Assembly: GCA_016869735.1 (NCBI GenBank)
Contig: VGDL01000003.1
Span: 8,998-72,997 of the forward strand
DNA: 64,000 bases
Origin: Alphaproteobacteria bacterium
GTDB lineage: Bacteria > Pseudomonadota > Alphaproteobacteria > Acetobacterales > Acetobacteraceae
Reading direction: 5' to 3'
Part shown: positions 47,197 through 57,832 of the stretch, one piece after another
Layout: the number at the start of each line of letters is the position of its first letter
Position numbering within the stretch: position 1 is the stretch's first letter
Program-made: the position numbers and the translations under genes
Notes under the pieces: model-generated
The model's input: only the letters and a program-made list of their open reading frames with translations
The model's database searches: none
What the model was told of the DNA's origin: nothing

Positions 47197-48984
47197 TCAC
47201 GCCTTCTTGCCGCTGGTCTTGGCCGCGCGATTGGCGGTACGTTCATGGCGCATGATGTAGTATTGCTGGCCGACGGAAAGCGTATTGTTCCAGGCCCAGT
47301 AGATGATCAGCCCCGCCGGGAAGGATGCTAGCATGAAGGTGAAGATCACCGGCATCCAGGCGAAGATTTTCGCCTGAATCGGATCAGGCGGCTGCGGGTT
47401 CAGCCTTTGCTGCACCCACATGGTCAGGCCCATGATCAGCGCCCAGGCCGGCATGTGCAGAAAGCTGCTCCAGGCCGCAGGATCGAAAGGCAGCAGGCCA
47501 AACAGGTTGAACAGATTGGTGGGATCAGGCGCGGACAAATCCTTGATCCAGCCAAAGAAGGGCTGGTGGCGCATTTCAATGGTGACAAACAGCACCTTAT
47601 AAAGCGCGAAGAACACCGGAATCTGGATCAGGATCGGCAAGCAGCCGGATGCAGGGTTGACCTTTTCACTCCGATAAAGCGCCATCATCTCCGTCTGCGC
47701 TTTTTGCGGATCATCCTTGTGACGTTCTTTGAGCTCGGCCATTTTGGGCGCAAGCACCTTCATCTTCGCCATGGATTTATAGGCCTTGTTCGCCAGCGGG
47801 AAGAAGGCGATCTTGATGGCGAGCGTGAAGATCAGAATGGCGACGCCGAAATTGCCAAAGACCTGGAACAACCAATCCAACGCATAGAAGAATGGCTTGG
47901 TCATGAAGTAGAACCAGCCGAAATCAATCGCCTTGTCGAAATCCTTGATGCCGAAGCGCGTTGCGTAATCGTCCAGCAAATGCACTTCCTTGGCGCCAGC
48001 GAATAAGCGGCTTTTGAAGCCATCGGCGGCACCGGGCGCGACTTGCTGCGCGCTTGGCGCTGCGATATCCACCTGCCAGCGTTCACCCGCCGTGCCGGGG
48101 GCTTCGCTCACAAAGCGATAGGCGGCGCGCATCGGTTGATCCGCTGCTGCCGGCATTAGCGCCGCGAGCCAATATTTGTCGGTAATGCCAACCCAGCCGC
48201 CGGCATCTTCCTGTTCAAAGGCAGCGCCACGACGCTTCTGCGCCTCAGTTTTGGCATCGGCGAAGGTGACTTCATTCAAGCGCCCACCAACAACGCCGGT
48301 GAAGCCTTCATGCAGAATGAAGAAGCCTTCAATCTTCGGCGTCACTTCGCGCCGAATGCGCGCCCAGGGCAGCACCGCCACCGTATCGCTGCTGGTATTG
48401 CGCATGCGCTGTTCGGCGGAGAACATGTAATTCTCATCCAGGGCCAACTGGATTTCGAAAACCTGGCCCTGTGTATTGTCCCAGGTAAGTGTTACCGGCT
48501 TGCCTGGCGCAAGCGGCCCGCCACTGATCTGCCAATCCGTATCATTATCCGGCACGCGGGTGCGGCCATCAGCGGCAGTCCAGCCCCATTGCGCGAAATA
48601 AGGTGCTGCAGAATCGCGCGGCGCGAAAAGCCGCACCGGGGCTGAATCAGGCGCCGTGGTTTCGCGGTGGCGCAGCAGCACCAGATCATCCAGCCGCGCG
48701 CCACGCAGATTGAGATTGCCCGCGACCGAGGCGCTTTCAATGGCAATGCGGCGCGCGGGCGCACGGGCCGCCGGGGCGGCTTCCTGTTGCGTCGGCGCGG
48801 TCAGAACGGGCGTGGCCGGCACCGGCGCGCCGGAAGCGGCTGGCGCAGGCACGGCGGGCGCGGGGGCCTGTTGCGTAACGGGCGCAGGTGCCTCGGGCGG
48901 CGCATTCATGCGCTTGTAGACATCGAAAAGCAGCAGGATGCCGATTGAAAGCGCAATCGCGGCGAACAGACGCTTCTGATCCAT
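47197..48984 (-). CDS. yidC: Membrane protein insertase YidC
   Basis: 595 aa; N-terminal TM, large periplasmic domain, 60-kDa insertase core (GCLPILIQIPVFFALYKVL). Confidence 0.95.
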   Translation of the reverse strand: MDQKRLFAAIALSIGILLLFDVYKRMNAPPEAPAPVTQQAPAPAVPAPAASGAPVPATPVLTAPTQQEAAPAARAPARRIAIESASVAGNLNLRGARLDDLVLLRHRETTAPDSAPVRLFAPRDSAAPYFAQWGWTAADGRTRVPDNDTDWQISGGPLAPGKPVTLTWDNTQGQVFEIQLALDENYMFSAEQRMRNTSSDTVAVLPWARIRREVTPKIEGFFILHEGFTGVVGGRLNEVTFADAKTEAQKRRGAAFEQEDAGGWVGITDKYWLAALMPAAADQPMRAAYRFVSEAPGTAGERWQVDIAAPSAQQVAPGAADGFKSRLFAGAKEVHLLDDYATRFGIKDFDKAIDFGWFYFMTKPFFYALDWLFQVFGNFGVAILIFTLAIKIAFFPLANKAYKSMAKMKVLAPKMAELKERHKDDPQKAQTEMMALYRSEKVNPASGCLPILIQIPVFFALYKVLFVTIEMRHQPFFGWIKDLSAPDPTNLFNLFGLLPFDPAAWSSFLHMPAWALIMGLTMWVQQRLNPQPPDPIQAKIFAWMPVIFTFMLASFPAGLIIYWAWNNTLSVGQQYYIMRHERTANRAAKTSGKKA

Positions 48985-48993
48985 GGCGGGTGC

Positions 48994-49233
48994 TCAGCCT
49001 TTGGTGTTTTTGGGGCGGGGTACGGGGTCGTAGCCGCCAGGGGTCCAGGGATTGCAGCGCAGGATACGCCGCGTGGTCAGCCAGGTGCCGCGGGCGGCGC
49101 CATGGGTTTCCAAAGCTTCCAACGCGTAATCGCTGCAGGTCGGGTAATGGCGGCAATGGCTGCCGATAATGCCCCGCAGCGTATAGCGATAGGCATGCAC
49201 GCAGCCCTTCAGCGTCATGGCCGGCAGGCTCAT
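48994..49233 (-). CDS. yidD: Membrane protein insertion efficiency factor YidD
   Basis: [19 protein letters not shown]...RILRCNPW signature. Confidence 0.9.
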   Translation of the reverse strand: MSLPAMTLKGCVHAYRYTLRGIIGSHCRHYPTCSDYALEALETHGAARGTWLTTRRILRCNPWTPGGYDPVPRPKNTKG

Positions 49234-49604
49234 GCGGCCACACCGGCTTGGCGCAGCGCGGCGCGCAAATCTTCGATCAGCAACGGGAAGGGTCGTTCGG
49301 CAGTCGCATCACGGCCAATCAGCACCAAATCCCAGCCGGAAAGTCCCATGGCGGGCAGCGTGAGCCGCGCGGCTTCCTTCAGGCGCCGGCGGGCACGGTT
49401 GCGGGCCACGGCATTGCCGATTTTCTTGGTCACGGTGAAGCCAAGCCTAAGTGATGGTTCCGGCACAGCAAGCGCTTGCAGCACAAGGCCAGGCCGCGCC
49501 GCGCGCTTGCCACGTGCCGCGGCGCGCAGAAACCCCCGCCGCTTCTTGAGCCGCGTTGCCGCGGGCGGCAATGGCGCGGCGTCAGGTTCTTGCCGCTCCA
49601 TCAC
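49230..49604 (-). CDS. rnpA: Ribonuclease P protein component
   Basis: RLKKRRGFL...[24 protein letters not shown]. Start codon uncertain. Confidence 0.88.
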   Translation of the reverse strand: MMERQEPDAAPLPPAATRLKKRRGFLRAAARGKRAARPGLVLQALAVPEPSLRLGFTVTKKIGNAVARNRARRRLKEAARLTLPAMGLSGWDLVLIGRDATAERPFPLLIEDLRAALRQAGVAA

Positions 49605-49628
49605 CCAACCCCGCGCGAAAGCTTCTTG

Positions 49629-49763
49629 TCAGGCGGAAAGGCGCTTGCGGCCCTTGGCGCGGCGATTGGCCAGCACCTTGCGGCCGCCCACAGTCGAAAG
49701 GCGGGAGCGAAAGCCATGGCGACGCTTCCGGACGAGCTTGGAGGGCTGATAGGTACGCTTCAC
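49629..49763 (-). CDS. rpmH: 50S ribosomal protein L34
   Basis: (M)[43 protein letters not shown], 44 aa. GTG start at 49763 preceded by GGGAGAAG. The ORF-track start 49880 is an upstream extension. Confidence 0.95.
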   Translation of the reverse strand: MKRTYQPSKLVRKRRHGFRSRLSTVGGRKVLANRRAKGRKRLSA

Positions 49764-49987
49764 GATACTTCTCCCAGAGGGTCGTAGCCATAAGGCAAAG
49801 AAAGAGCGCCGGCGGCGGGCCATTGGCTGGCCGCCCCGGCGGGGTCGGACCCTATAGAGAGAGCCAGCGCCATCCGTCAACCATAAGCGGGGCCGAAAGC
49901 GATTGACGCTGGCGGAAAGCGGCCCGCATCATCCCCTCAATGGCTCGGGCGCGGTGGGATCTGCCGCGCCAAAGGGGGAGGATGGGC

Positions 49988-51208
49988 ATGGCTGAGGCGC
50001 CCTATGACACGGTTTTGCAGCATTTCCGTCTGGCCGATGGCGGGCCGCCTGGCCGGCGCCTGACGCTGAAGGATGGGCGGATTGCGGCCATCCTGCCCGC
50101 CGAGGCGCCGCCACCCCCGGCAGGCCAGGTGTTCGATCTGGGCGGGGATTTGCTACTGCCCGGCCTCGTGGATGGCCATATGCATTTGGATAAGACGCTG
50201 TTCGGCCTGGCCTGGACGCCCCATGCCGCCGAGCCCTTCCGCATGAGCCGGATCGCGACCGATGCGAAGCTGCTGCCATCCCTGCCGCTTGATACGGCGG
50301 CGCGGGCCGGGGCGTTGATCCGGCGCTGTGTCGCCAATGGCACGGCGCATATCCGCACCCATGCCGATATCACGCCCGCCTTCGGGCTTTCCGCTCTGGA
50401 AGGCTTGCTGGCGGCGCGGGAGGCGCATCAAGGCGCCGCCACCGTGCAGATCGTGGCCTTCCCCCAGGCCGGCGTGATGCGGGCTGGCGGCAAGCCCATG
50501 CTTGATCTGCTGGATGCCGCCATTGGCGCGGGGGCGGAGCTTGTGGGCGGCATTGACCCCTGTGAGGTGGATCGCGACCCGCGCGGGCAATTGGACGGCA
50601 TTTTCGCCATTGCGGAAAAGCGTGGCGTTGGCGTGGATATTCATTTGCATGAACCGGGGGAGCTTGGCCTGTTCAGCCTGCTTGAAATCTGCGCCCGCGT
50701 CCGCGCGCATGGCATGGCGGGCCGGGCCACGATCAGCCATGGTTTTTGTTTAGGTGGCATTGCCGAATCAAAACAGAAGGCGGCGGCGGACATGATGGCA
50801 TCTTGCGGTGTCGCGCTGGTGACGCATGGCGCGGGCAGCGCGACCATGCCGCCCTTGATGCTGCTGCGCCGCGCCGGGGTACGGGTATTTTGTGGCAATG
50901 ATGATGTGCGCGATACCTGGAGCCCTTATGGCAATGCCGATATGCTGGAACGCGCTTCGGTGATCGGCTGGCGGGAAGATTTGCGCCATGATCCGCTGCT
51001 GCTGGAATTGTTCAGCATGGTGTCATCCGAAGGCGCCGCCGCGCTTGGCATTGCAGAATACGGCATTGTGCCCGGCAATCCGGCGCATTTCTTCAGTATT
51101 GCAGCTGAGAATATCCCCGATGCGATTGGCGCGCATCCGCCGCGCCGGCGCGTCTTTCACGCGGGGCGCCTGGTGGCCGCGGATGGCGCATGGAAGGACG
51201 CGGCATGA
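49988..51208 (+). CDS. Amidohydrolase superfamily protein (cytosine deaminase-like)
   Basis: LLLPGLVDGHMHLDKT metal-binding start, HLHE, THG. GGAGG sits 7 nt before ATG 49988. Confidence 0.8.
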   Translation: MAEAPYDTVLQHFRLADGGPPGRRLTLKDGRIAAILPAEAPPPPAGQVFDLGGDLLLPGLVDGHMHLDKTLFGLAWTPHAAEPFRMSRIATDAKLLPSLPLDTAARAGALIRRCVANGTAHIRTHADITPAFGLSALEGLLAAREAHQGAATVQIVAFPQAGVMRAGGKPMLDLLDAAIGAGAELVGGIDPCEVDRDPRGQLDGIFAIAEKRGVGVDIHLHEPGELGLFSLLEICARVRAHGMAGRATISHGFCLGGIAESKQKAAADMMASCGVALVTHGAGSATMPPLMLLRRAGVRVFCGNDDVRDTWSPYGNADMLERASVIGWREDLRHDPLLLELFSMVSSEGAAALGIAEYGIVPGNPAHFFSIAAENIPDAIGAHPPRRRVFHAGRLVAADGAWKDAA

Positions 51209-52839
51209 CCAGCACCGCAGAAGAAGCCGGGGTATTTGACTTTGTTGTCTCCGGCGCCGGTTCCGCCGGCGCGGCGGTAGCGGCGCGGCTTTCGGAAGAT
51301 GGGCGTTATTCGGTGTGCTTGCTGGAAGCCGGGCCGCCGGATCGCAACCCGTGGATTCACATTCCGCTCGGTTTTGCCAAAGTCTATGCGAATTCGGCGA
51401 TCAATTGGTGCTTTGAAAGCCAGCCGCAAAAGCAACTGAATGACCGGAAGTTCTTTGTGCCGCGCGGCAAGACATTGGGTGGTACAAGTTCGATCAATGG
51501 CATGGTCTATATGCGGGGCCATCCGCGCGATTATGATTCCTGGCGCCAGCGCGGCTGCACGGGCTGGGATTATGATTCCGTGCTGCCGTTCTTCAAGAAA
51601 AGCGAAAACCAGGCACGCGGCGCGGATGAATTCCATGGTGTTGGCGGGCCGCTCAATGTCTCGGACCACACTGGCACGACGGAATTGACCGAGGCGATGA
51701 TCAGCGCGGCGGAGCAGGCTGGGATACCGCGCAACCCGGATTTCAATGGCAAGGTTCAGGAAGGCACTGGGTATTATCAATCCACCACCAGCGCCAATCG
51801 GCGCTGGAGCACCGCGCGCGCTTATCTGGCGCCGGCGAAGAGCCGCGCCAATCTGGATATTCGCACCAATGCCCATGCGACGCGGGTGGTGATCGAAAAT
51901 GGGCGGGCGACTGGCGTGGAGTATCGCGACCCAGGCGGGCTTAAGCGCGTGCGGGCGCGGCGGGAAGTGATTGTCTCGGGCGGCGCTTATGGTTCGCCGC
52001 AATTGTTGCAATTGTCAGGGCTTGGGCCGGCAGAGCATTTGCAGGCGATGGGCATTCCGGTGCTGCGCGATATGCCGGCGGTGGGTGCCAATCTGCATGA
52101 TCATTTCTGCGTCTATCTGATGTGGCGCTGCGCCAAGCCCCTCACCTTCAATGATCTGGAAAATAGCTGGCCACGCAAGATAGCGGCAGCGCTGCAATAT
52201 GGCTTGTTTCGCAGTGGCCCCATGGCAGTGAATGCCGTGCGCACCGGGCTTTTGACCAGATCAGATCCACGGCTTGAACGGCCTGACTTGCAAATCAATC
52301 TGCTGGAATGGAGCACGCTGGAGCGCAACAAAAAGGGTGTCATTCCGCATCCTTTTTCGGGCTTCACGCTAAGCCCGGTGCATCTGGCGCCCGAAGGGCG
52401 CGGCACGGTCAGGCTTGCAAGCCCCGATCCCTTTGCGGGCCCGGCGATTACCTTCGGGTTCCTCGCTTCCGATTACGATATGCGCGCCATGATCAGTGGC
52501 ATCAAGCTGGTGCGACACCTCGTAGAACAACCAGCATTGAAGCCCTTTGCACTTGGGGAATTGGTGCCGGGCAATGCCTTGGAAAGTGAAGCTGATATGG
52601 AACGCTTCGTACGCGAAACAGGCACGACCAATCATCACCCATCCAGCAGCTGCGCCATGGGTATTGGCAGTAATAGCGTGGTGGACCCTGAATTGCGTGT
52701 GCATGGTGTCGCGGGGTTGCGCGTGGCGGATGCTTCCATCATGCCATCCGTGGTGGCGGGCAATACCAATGCGCCTTCCATCATGATTGGTGAGAAAGCC
52801 GCGGCGATGATTCTGGAAGATGCGCGGGCGGCAGCCTGA
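51205..52839 (+). CDS. GMC family FAD oxidoreductase (choline dehydrogenase-like)
   Basis: [37 protein letters not shown]; C-terminal HPSSSCAMG and [18 protein letters not shown] overlap with the amidohydrolase. Confidence 0.92.
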   Translation: MTSTAEEAGVFDFVVSGAGSAGAAVAARLSEDGRYSVCLLEAGPPDRNPWIHIPLGFAKVYANSAINWCFESQPQKQLNDRKFFVPRGKTLGGTSSINGMVYMRGHPRDYDSWRQRGCTGWDYDSVLPFFKKSENQARGADEFHGVGGPLNVSDHTGTTELTEAMISAAEQAGIPRNPDFNGKVQEGTGYYQSTTSANRRWSTARAYLAPAKSRANLDIRTNAHATRVVIENGRATGVEYRDPGGLKRVRARREVIVSGGAYGSPQLLQLSGLGPAEHLQAMGIPVLRDMPAVGANLHDHFCVYLMWRCAKPLTFNDLENSWPRKIAAALQYGLFRSGPMAVNAVRTGLLTRSDPRLERPDLQINLLEWSTLERNKKGVIPHPFSGFTLSPVHLAPEGRGTVRLASPDPFAGPAITFGFLASDYDMRAMISGIKLVRHLVEQPALKPFALGELVPGNALESEADMERFVRETGTTNHHPSSSCAMGIGSNSVVDPELRVHGVAGLRVADASIMPSVVAGNTNAPSIMIGEKAAAMILEDARAAA

Positions 52840-52849
52840 AAGGACGGAT

Positions 52850-53236
52850 ATGATTTCCCTGCTTGGCACCTGGCAATTGCTGCGCGTGCGCGCCACCGAT
52901 GCGGCGGGGCAGCCGCTGGAACATCACCAATATGGGCCGGAGCCAACCGGCATTGTGCAATTTGGCCCGAAGCGCATGCAGGCCGCAACAGGTGATGGCC
53001 GCGCGATACTACCGCCCGGCGTGAAGCGCTTTTGGTCCGCCTATACGGGCAATTACAGTTTTGATGGTCAAACGCTGATCACGCGTGTTGATGACAGCAA
53101 TTTGGTCGAACGCATTGGCGGCGATCAGGTACGGCAAGTGCGCGCGGAAGGTGTCGGCGTTTGGCTGAAGCCGCCGGCGCGCATGGTGGATGGCGCCATA
53201 CAGCAATTGGAATTGTATTGGGAGAGGATTGGCTGA
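52850..53236 (+). CDS. Lipocalin-like domain protein
   Basis: [17 protein letters not shown]...[17 protein letters not shown] pattern of the bacterial lipocalin-like family; 128 aa. Confidence 0.65.
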   Translation: MISLLGTWQLLRVRATDAAGQPLEHHQYGPEPTGIVQFGPKRMQAATGDGRAILPPGVKRFWSAYTGNYSFDGQTLITRVDDSNLVERIGGDQVRQVRAEGVGVWLKPPARMVDGAIQQLELYWERIG

Positions 53237-53257
53237 AGCTGCGGCTTTCTTGCCGAT

Positions 53258-54478
53258 TTACGCAAAAGCCTGCTGGCGGCGAGTGAGCCGCCAGAAAAGC
53301 CAAAGTGCGATGGAAAGATTGACGAGATTCCAGGCGATGCCGTTCAGCATCGCTGCCGTATAGCCGCCGGTGGCGTCAAATAAGGCACCCGCCATCCAGC
53401 CGCCCACCGCCATGCCTACCATCGTCGAGGACAGCGCCAAACCAACACGGCTGCCGGCCTGAGATGGGGGGAAGTTTTCACGCACAATCATGGCGTAGCA
53501 GGGCACCAACCCGCCCTGAAACAGGCCAAACATGAAGGACACCAGGTAAAGCGCCATCAACCCATCGGATGGCAGGAACATCAGCAAAGCGATGCCTTGC
53601 AGCAGGGAGGAGAGCACGAGCGTGCGCACCCCACCGATGCGATCCATGATGAAGCCGAAAATCAGCCGCGAAGCGATACCGCTGGCGAGCATCACTGAGA
53701 GCATCTCCGCTCCACGCGCCGCGCCATAGCCAAGATCCACACAATAGGCGACGATATGCACCTGCGGCATGGCCATGGCGATGCAGCAGGTGATGCTGGC
53801 CAGGATCAGCAATGTCTGCAAGACATTCGGCGGGAGCCCCAGCGCCATGGGATTGCGCGGCGTGATGGCACCGGGCTGTGGTGTCGCCGGCATGGGCGCA
53901 CGGGTGCGCAACAGCAAGGCAAGAGGGACGATGGTGAGGAAGCTCGCAATCCCCATGATCAGATGCGCCTGACGCCAACCAATCGTGGAAATGCCCCATT
54001 GCAGCAAGGTCGGCCAGAAGGTACCGGCGAAGTAGTTGCCGGAAGCGGCGAGCGCCATGGCAATGCCGCGGCGCTTTTCAAACCAGAGCGAGACATCGGC
54101 AATCAGGGGGCTGAATACCGCCGCCGCGCCAAAGCAACTCAGCAACACGCCATAGGCAAGACCGAAGGTGAACAGGCTCGGCGCGAAATACGTGGCGATC
54201 CCACCAAGCCCGATGGAGGTAGCGCCAATCAAGACCGGCACCATGACGCCGAAGCGATCAGACAGCCTGCCCATCAGCACACCGCCCACCATGAAGCCCA
54301 CCATGGTCATGGTATAGGGAAGCGAAGCGCCAGCGCGGAGCGTGCCGAATTCCGCCTGCACGGTGGGCAACACCACCACCACGGTCCACATCGGCGCGCT
54401 GCCGATCATGCTGATCAAAAGCGCAATCGCCAAACGTGTCCAGGCAGCGCGGCCATCCAAGCGGCTGTCACGCATCAT
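53258..54478 (-). CDS. MFS transporter
   Basis: 406 aa, about 12 TM; GRLSDRFG loop motif. Confidence 0.9.
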   Translation of the reverse strand: MMRDSRLDGRAAWTRLAIALLISMIGSAPMWTVVVVLPTVQAEFGTLRAGASLPYTMTMVGFMVGGVLMGRLSDRFGVMVPVLIGATSIGLGGIATYFAPSLFTFGLAYGVLLSCFGAAAVFSPLIADVSLWFEKRRGIAMALAASGNYFAGTFWPTLLQWGISTIGWRQAHLIMGIASFLTIVPLALLLRTRAPMPATPQPGAITPRNPMALGLPPNVLQTLLILASITCCIAMAMPQVHIVAYCVDLGYGAARGAEMLSVMLASGIASRLIFGFIMDRIGGVRTLVLSSLLQGIALLMFLPSDGLMALYLVSFMFGLFQGGLVPCYAMIVRENFPPSQAGSRVGLALSSTMVGMAVGGWMAGALFDATGGYTAAMLNGIAWNLVNLSIALWLFWRLTRRQQAFA

Positions 54479-54555
54479 GATGGCGTCGCTTCATTCTGGG
54501 TTTCCTCGGCGTGTTTTGTTGCAGGCTGACAGCTTTGCCGGCGCCGCGCCATAGG

Positions 54556-55398
54556 CTATTTCACACCAGGAGACCAGCGATAGGCGCGCGCAGTGGCTTC
54601 ACCCATCAGCATGGCGCGATCACTCTCCGAAAGCCGATCCGATTTCAGGAAGGCATCCACGCCTTCGGCATAGGTCATCAACTCCACCGCGCGAGTCCAA
54701 TCCGTGCCCCAAAGGCAGCGCTGCAAGCCAAAGGCATCGAATATGCGCGCAAGCGGTTCCCAGATATCGGCGTAGGGATATTCGCCACGCGAGAGCGTAC
54801 ACGCGCCGGTGATTTTCACGACGATATTGGGAAAAACAGCAAGCGCCAGCAACTTCGGCAATTCATCAAAGCCGTTTTCCATCCGCGGCGGTTCAAAGGG
54901 CTGTTGCAGGCCAAGGTGATCAATCACCAGCCGCGTATCCGGATTGCGCCGCGCCAATTCATGCACCTGATCAAGCCTGCCCCAACACAGCAGATTGACC
55001 GGCAGGTCACGCTTCGCAGCCGTTGCCAGCACATGATTGATGCCAGGATCGGCGGGATCGGCCGAAACATCGCCGCGCATCATGATGCGAATGCCAACCG
55101 CGCCAGGGGTCCCCTGCCAATCGGCGATGGTATCCGCCACCGCCGGATCATTGGGATCAACCGGTTTTATCAGTGCGAAACGATCGGGATAGGTATTGCG
55201 CACGGAAACCGCATAGCTTGCGTCAAAGCGATACATGGTGAAGGCGGAAACCAGAATCGCGCCATCCACGCCGACGGCGTCCATGGCCTTGACCATGTCG
55301 GCGCCGGTGACTTCGGGCGGGCCATGCAGCACCGCATGCCAAGGGCGGCCCGGATGGTTGCGTTCATAGGCATGAACTTGTGCGTCAATGATCGGCAT
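54556..55398 (-). CDS. Amidohydrolase_2 family protein (metal-dependent hydrolase/decarboxylase, LigI/ACMSD-like)
   Basis: MPIIDAQVHAYE start, VIDHLG, WGTDW blocks. Confidence 0.8.
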   Translation of the reverse strand: MPIIDAQVHAYERNHPGRPWHAVLHGPPEVTGADMVKAMDAVGVDGAILVSAFTMYRFDASYAVSVRNTYPDRFALIKPVDPNDPAVADTIADWQGTPGAVGIRIMMRGDVSADPADPGINHVLATAAKRDLPVNLLCWGRLDQVHELARRNPDTRLVIDHLGLQQPFEPPRMENGFDELPKLLALAVFPNIVVKITGACTLSRGEYPYADIWEPLARIFDAFGLQRCLWGTDWTRAVELMTYAEGVDAFLKSDRLSESDRAMLMGEATARAYRWSPGVK

Positions 55399-55526
55399 GG
55401 CGGTTCCTTGGACGTTTCTTGAGACAAAGCCTAGGCGCGGGACGCTGGCGCAGCAAGGCGCAGGTATTGGTGGCGCGCGCGATTCGATCTAGCGTGGCGC
55501 ATCATCACCTCGATCGAGGAAACATC

Positions 55527-56387
55527 ATGACCCCGCCTGAGAGAATGCGTGCCCTACTCGCCAAGCCTGATTTCGTTGTCATGCCCGCCGTATGGGATGG
55601 GCTTTCCGCCAAGATGGCGGCGGCAGCAGGGTTTGAAACCGCCTTTCTGTCCGGTTCCTGCGTGGCCGCCAGCCGCCTTGGCGGGCCGGATCTCGATTTG
55701 ATTTCCTTCGCCGAAATGTTTGACAGTTTCAACATGGTGCGCGGTGCCGCGCCGAATACGCTGGTGCTGGCCGATGGCGATCATGGCTATGGCAATGCGA
55801 TGAATGTGCAGCGCACCGTGCGCGCTTATGGCCGCGCCGGGGCCGCCGCTATCCTGATTGAAGACAAGATCACACCGCGCGCCTTGACCGCTGCGGGCAA
55901 GCCCTGCCTGCCGCGCGAAGAAGCACGCATGAAAATCCGCGCCGCTGTTGAAGCCGCCAAGGAATCCGGCATTCTGATTCTGGCCCGCACCGATTGCCGT
56001 CCGACCGCCGGCATTGATGAAGCCGTGGCGCGGATTGAAATGTTTGTCGAAGAAGGCGCGGATATCCTGTTTCTGGATAGCCCCGCCGATAACGCGGAAA
56101 TCCATCGCGCGATTGCGGCAGCGAAGGGCCGACCTTCCTTCGTGGTGCTTTCCCCCGGTGGGGCGCGCGCCACACCGACGCAGGCGGAAGCCAAGGCGCT
56201 TGGCTTCAAGATCGGCACTTTCCCAACCGGGATGCTCTCTCCGGCGGCAGCAGGGATGAAGGCCGGCTTGGCCGCGCTGCAAGCCGGGCTTTCGGAAGCC
56301 GCCAGCGCCATGCCTTCGGCGGAATTGCGCGACACGCTTGGCTATGGCGATTATGACGCCAAGGCCAAGGCTTTTATCGTTTCGTGA
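55527..56387 (+). CDS. Isocitrate lyase / PEP mutase superfamily protein
   Basis: VMPAVWDGLSAKMAAAAGFETAFLSGS, LADGDHGYGNAMNVQRTVRAYGRAGAAAILIEDK. Confidence 0.85.
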   Translation: MTPPERMRALLAKPDFVVMPAVWDGLSAKMAAAAGFETAFLSGSCVAASRLGGPDLDLISFAEMFDSFNMVRGAAPNTLVLADGDHGYGNAMNVQRTVRAYGRAGAAAILIEDKITPRALTAAGKPCLPREEARMKIRAAVEAAKESGILILARTDCRPTAGIDEAVARIEMFVEEGADILFLDSPADNAEIHRAIAAAKGRPSFVVLSPGGARATPTQAEAKALGFKIGTFPTGMLSPAAAGMKAGLAALQAGLSEAASAMPSAELRDTLGYGDYDAKAKAFIVS

Positions 56388-56408
56388 TTTAGGACCGGTC
56401 GGGTGAAA

Positions 56409-57812
56409 TCACCCGACCGGATCAATCGGCGTAATCGGCGCGCCGGCCGCTTCAATGACAGCGCCGGCTTGCAGCAGCAAATCTTCCCGGTAACGGCCAG
56501 CGAGCAATTGCACGCCCACGGGAATGCGCCCAACCGTGCCGGTGGTAACCGTAAGGCCAGGCAGCCCCATCAGCGGCAGGCCAACCTGCGTGAGCTGCGC
56601 TTCCATGATGCGGCGGAAGGCAGCAGGGCTTTCAACATCTTCCTGATCGCGGAAGGGCAATTCACCCGAGACTGGCGTGATCGCCACCGGGAAGCGCTCA
56701 AAGAATTCCATCCAAAGCCGCACGAAATAGGAACGCTTCTGCAGCGCATCCATGAAGCTGTTCAGGTTCGGCGTTGGGCAAAGTTCTTCCATCTGCGCGA
56801 AGATGAAGCTGGCATCCGGATCACCTTCCTGATGCAAGGCGCTATTGAAACCGCGGCGGCTTTCCGCGAGCCAGAGCATCGCCTGTAATTGCGCGGGTTC
56901 ACGCAGGGGCGGTGTGTCGGTTTCTTCAATCGTCCAGCCGGCGGCTTCAAGGCGCTTCGCGGCATCACGCAAAGCGGCCTGCACTTCCGGCTGTAGCTTC
57001 ATGCCATCGGGCGCCAGGCAAAGCGCGGCGCGCTTCGGCGCGGGCGGGCCTTCCATGGCGGCATCCACCCACCAGGGGTCGCAAATATCGCGCGCGCACA
57101 TGGCGCCAAAGCCAAGCTTCACATCGGCGATGGTCCGCGCCAAAGGCCCGCTGACCGCCATGATCTGCCCGCCAACATGGCGTTCCGCACCGGAAGCATT
57201 CCAGGCCGGAATACGCCCAAGTGTGGGGCGCAGCCCGTGAATGCCGCAGGCATAGGCAGGGTAGCGGATGGAACCGCCAATATCCGTGCCATGTCCAATC
57301 GCACCAATGCCGGCCATGGTGGCGGCACCTGCACCACCGGAAGAACCACCCGGCGTAATGCTTGGGTCGCGCGGGTTTTTTGTGTGGCCATGCAGCGAAT
57401 TGCGCGTGAACCACCTCAACGAAAAGGCCGGCGTATTGGTCCGCCCGACAATCACCGCACCCGCCTTGCGCAGATTAGCGACAACGGGGTTGTCCTGCTT
57501 CGCGATCAGATCCTTTTGCAGGCGCAAACCATTCGTGGTCGCATAGCCTTGCTGATCCGCATTCACCTTGATGGTGATGGGCACGCCGGCAAGCGGCCCG
57601 GCATCCTCCCCCCGCGCGATCATGGCATCAATGCGCGCAGCCTCCGCGAGTGTCTCTGCCGGGCGGTGATCCACCACGGCATTGATCTTGGGGTTCACCG
57701 CATCCAGCCGCGCCAGCGCATCCTTCGCCGCTTCAGTGGCGGAGACCTGCTTGGACCGAATGCGCGACGCCAAATCGGTTGCGCTGAGGCGCCATAAATC
57801 GCCCATGATCAC
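56409..57812 (-). CDS. Amidase (amidase signature family)
   Basis: GGSSGGAGAA signature within a Gly/Ser-rich AS block; 467 aa. Confidence 0.9.
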   Translation of the reverse strand: MIMGDLWRLSATDLASRIRSKQVSATEAAKDALARLDAVNPKINAVVDHRPAETLAEAARIDAMIARGEDAGPLAGVPITIKVNADQQGYATTNGLRLQKDLIAKQDNPVVANLRKAGAVIVGRTNTPAFSLRWFTRNSLHGHTKNPRDPSITPGGSSGGAGAATMAGIGAIGHGTDIGGSIRYPAYACGIHGLRPTLGRIPAWNASGAERHVGGQIMAVSGPLARTIADVKLGFGAMCARDICDPWWVDAAMEGPPAPKRAALCLAPDGMKLQPEVQAALRDAAKRLEAAGWTIEETDTPPLREPAQLQAMLWLAESRRGFNSALHQEGDPDASFIFAQMEELCPTPNLNSFMDALQKRSYFVRLWMEFFERFPVAITPVSGELPFRDQEDVESPAAFRRIMEAQLTQVGLPLMGLPGLTVTTGTVGRIPVGVQLLAGRYREDLLLQAGAVIEAAGAPITPIDPVG

Positions 57813-57832
57813 TTCCTTTTTTTGGCGCTGCC

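Noticed and set aside
49764-49987. Possible replication origin next to rpmH-rnpA-yidC, as in many bacteria.
   Set aside because: No dnaA gene is adjacent, and there is no DnaA-box cluster or AT-rich tract in the 224-nt spacer. As far as I recall, alphaproteobacterial origins are usually located elsewhere.
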